Shown here one piece after another: positions 62,140 to 64,000 of a stretch of 64,000 nucleotides of DNA (the first letter of the stretch is position 1; each line of letters opens with the position of its first letter). Under the pieces are notes generated by a model. That model made no database searches, was not told the DNA's origin, and saw only the letters and a program-made list of their open reading frames with translations. The DNA is from an uncultured Solirubrobacterales bacterium. Lineage in GTDB: Bacteria > Actinomycetota > Thermoleophilia > Solirubrobacterales > Solirubrobacteraceae. The position numbers and the translations under genes were made by a program. The stretch is taken from positions 504,298 through 568,297 of the forward strand of contig CAWFTK010000002.1 of assembly GCA_963818795.1 (NCBI GenBank), read 5' to 3'.

Positions 62140-63045
62140 ATGAGTACAAGTGACAGCAAGGCCAACCTCGCCCGCGCAGCGCAGGGCCACGCGTTCAACG
62201 GGGTCGCGCGCCCTCCCGCGGCGGCGTGGGAGGATCCGCTGACGCTCGGGGGCGAGGCGCGCTACTCGCAGTCGCTGGAGCGCGGCCTGGCGATCCTGGC
62301 GTGCTTCAGTCTCGAGCGCCCGCTGCTGGGGATCGCGGAGCTCGCCGAGATGCTCGGCATGAGCCGCAGCACGACGCATCGTTACGTGATCACGCTTGTC
62401 GCGCTCGGTTACTTGCGCCAGGGCGCGCAGCGCAAGTACCGCCTGGCGTTGCGGGTTACCGAGCTCGGTCTATCGGCGATGAACTCGACGAGCCTGCGCG
62501 AGCACGCGCGGCCTTTCATCGAGGAGTTGAGCCGGCGTTCAACCTTCACGGTCGCCGTCGCCGTGCTAGATGGACCGGAGATCCTGCTCGTCGATCGCGT
62601 GCGCGGCCGCCGACGCGGACAGGGCTTGATCGAGCTCGGTCTGCGAAGCGAATCGCGTCTGCCGGCGCACTGCACCGCGATGGGCAAGCTCTTGCTCGCG
62701 CATCTGCCGGCACGGGAGCGACGCGAGCTGCTCGTCGAATTGAAGCTGAGCCGGCACGGTCCGGGCGCCATCGCAAGCAAGAGCACACTGCGCGAGGAGC
62801 TGGAGTCGATCCCCGGCGATGTTCTCGCCAGCAGCCGCGAGGAGCTTGCCCCTGGACTGATCGCAATCGCGGCGCCCGTGCGCGACGGTTCATGCGAGGT
62901 TGTCGCGGCCGCGGGCATGGCCGCACACACCACCATGCTCTCCCCCCAGGTGCTCCTCGAGCAACTGGGGCCGCATCTGATCTCCACAGCCGATCGCATC
63001 TCGGCACGGCTGGGTTACCGCCGCGAAGACGAGCGCCCGGGCTAA
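62140..63045 (+). CDS. IclR-family transcriptional regulator
   Basis: SLERGLAILACF...LGIAELAEMLGMSRSTTHRYVITLVALGYL HTH, followed by the IclR effector domain. Confidence 0.9.
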   Translation: MSTSDSKANLARAAQGHAFNGVARPPAAAWEDPLTLGGEARYSQSLERGLAILACFSLERPLLGIAELAEMLGMSRSTTHRYVITLVALGYLRQGAQRKYRLALRVTELGLSAMNSTSLREHARPFIEELSRRSTFTVAVAVLDGPEILLVDRVRGRRRGQGLIELGLRSESRLPAHCTAMGKLLLAHLPARERRELLVELKLSRHGPGAIASKSTLREELESIPGDVLASSREELAPGLIAIAAPVRDGSCEVVAAAGMAAHTTMLSPQVLLEQLGPHLISTADRISARLGYRREDERPG

Positions 63046-63777
63046 TCCTGTGTCCACGCGCCACCAGTACGAGAGAGGAGATGGACGGCCAAGCCGCTGC
63101 AGGCGACGATCGCGAGTGCTACAGCGAGTGCCGCGGCGATCGATACGTGCAGTGCGAGTAGACCGCCGATCAGCGCGCCGAGCAGCATCGCGCCGATCGC
63201 GAATGATGCGCCGCCCGAGCTTCGCGCCGGCCCCGCCGACGATCCCCGATTCTGATGCGAGCCCGGTCAGCGTGCGTGTGAGCACAGTGGTCGTGAGATC
63301 GGGCACCGAGAGTCGCTGCGCGGCCGCGTTCTGCACACCCAGCGCGAGCGCCAGGAGGACGATCAGGGCGTAGCGCGTGGCGCGAGCGGGCGGTTCCACC
63401 GCGAGGATCGCGAGCAGGACGGCCGCGCCGATCAGCAGAACCTGGGTGGCGTTGGCGGCGCGCAGCAGGTGACCGCGATGCGCGTGATAGCGCGCGCCGA
63501 GCCAGCCGCCGGCGAGCGCTCCGAACAGGAACGCAGCGAGCGCGATCAGCGAGGCGACCGGCGAGAGGCCGCCGGCGCCGGCGAGCGCGAATCCGAGGAA
63601 GATGATGTTGCCGGTCATGTTCGCGACGAACACGTGGCCGAGCTCGAGGTAGCTCACGGCGTCGACGACGCCCGTGAGGATCGTGAGCGTGACGAGCAGC
63701 GGTACGAGCGGCCCGTGCCGGTCACCGCCTGGGGGGCGAAAGGTTTGCGCGACATCGCGCACGATGCTCATCCGCAC
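63042..63777 (-). pseudogene. YoaK/DUF1275 family membrane protein with a frame disruption near 63210
   Basis: VDAVSYLELGHVFVANMTGN and LALALGVQNAA blocks. After ...GAGAKLGR the track frame becomes Arg-rich and runs into iclR. The alternative frame gives ASFAIGAMLLGALIGGLLALHVSIAAALAVALAIVA... and ends at 63042. Confidence 0.7.
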
Positions 63778-63827
63778 CGCCCCAATTCAGCGCTCGACCA
63801 GATCCGCCGCATCCGTCGTACGCTCCG

Positions 63828-64000
63828 TCAGCTTCCCGTCAGAACCGTCTTGACACCGGCACCGAGGAAGTGCTCGCGCAGGACACGCGGTGCTTCATCG
63901 ATCGGCGCCTGGCAGGTGGTCACGGTCTCGGGATGCAGATCCCCTTGCAGAATCAGCTCGAGAACTTTCGGCATCAGCGCACGCGCGTGGGTGCGACCGA
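63828..64000 (-). CDS. zinc-type alcohol dehydrogenase family protein, 3' end only (the gene enters from the right edge)
   Basis: My own translation gives GRTHARALMPKVLELILQGDLHPETVTTCQAPIDEAPRVLREHFLGAGVKTVLTGS, with the stop at 63828-63830. This is a typical MDR/ADH C-terminus. Confidence 0.55.
   Translation of the reverse strand, partial: GRTHARALMPKVLELILQGDLHPETVTTCQAPIDEAPRVLREHFLGAGVKTVLTGS

Noticed and set aside
62039-62149. Upstream extension of the propeller-protein ORF to the ATG at 62149.
   Set aside because: It would overlap the divergent iclR start (62140) and cover the operator palindrome, and it encodes Arg/Ser-rich residues. The GTG at 62038 gives a proper signal peptide.
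1-64000. Searched for mobile-element hallmarks (transposase, integrase, reverse transcriptase, terminal inverted repeats, phage genes) and for rRNA.
   Set aside because: None was found. The only accessory-type content is two TA pairs and the dispersed palindromic element.

Overview
64 kb of a very GC-rich chromosome (about 70% by eye). Gene content is typical of a high-GC Gram-positive (Actinomycetota; a Thermoleophilia/Solirubrobacterales-like origin is only a guess). I support about 60 protein-coding genes. I saw no rRNA, tRNA, CRISPR array, transposase, integrase or phage gene. Most long ORFs in the track that lie antisense to these genes are Arg/Ala/Pro-rich artefacts of the GC content.

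Content from left to right:
- nadE (5' part), a WS/DGAT acyltransferase and an MFS transporter.
- An alpha-oxoamine synthase translationally coupled to a membrane PAS-GGDEF-EAL protein.
- A c-di-AMP (ydaO-type) riboswitch in front of an RlpA-like cell-wall gene, then an FMN-dependent hydroxy-acid oxidase.
- A MerR regulator next to a reductase/DesA3-like desaturase module.
- An MBL hydrolase, a DUF5996 protein, a PLC-like phosphoesterase, a metallophosphoesterase, a sedolisin and dinB.
- Two alpha/beta hydrolases, a methyltransferase, YihY and YjbR.
- mazEF, an ABC exporter, YceH-CcdA, vapBC and a DHH/DHHA1 protein.
- An Asp beta-hydroxylase divergent from an unknown anchored protein.
- A sigma-70 gene with a perfect consensus promoter, then a truncated transglutaminase, an SDR, an M48 protease, a K+ channel and an acyl-CoA dehydrogenase plus quinone oxidoreductase pair.
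- Two tandem S51 peptidases, a GAF-HD-GYP protein, MpaB, an ECF sigma/anti-sigma pair and a cupredoxin.
- A five-gene overlapping redox operon: anchored low-complexity protein, ApbE, NOX-type bis-heme membrane protein, NuoF-like flavoprotein and 3Fe-4S-type ferredoxin.
- An OmpR/HK pair, a CaCA exchanger, a Tat-sulfatase and a GH27 alpha-galactosidase.
- A seven-repeat Cys-pair (propeller-like) surface protein, IclR, YoaK and the 3' end of a Zn-ADH.

Main hunt results:
1. The redox operon looks like a split, NOX-like transmembrane electron conduit that I cannot match to a characterised system.
2. At least 8 clear frame disruptions in 7 conserved genes, plus 2 probable ones. They are unevenly distributed and not confined to homopolymers, so either the assembly carries random indels or the genes are decaying.
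3. A GC-rich palindromic element recurs in intergenic positions.
4. Several candidate regulatory sites: the riboswitch, a consensus promoter, a 16-bp operator palindrome, an ECF-type promoter and 11-bp phased direct repeats.

All functional calls rest on motif and family recognition by eye, not on database searches.
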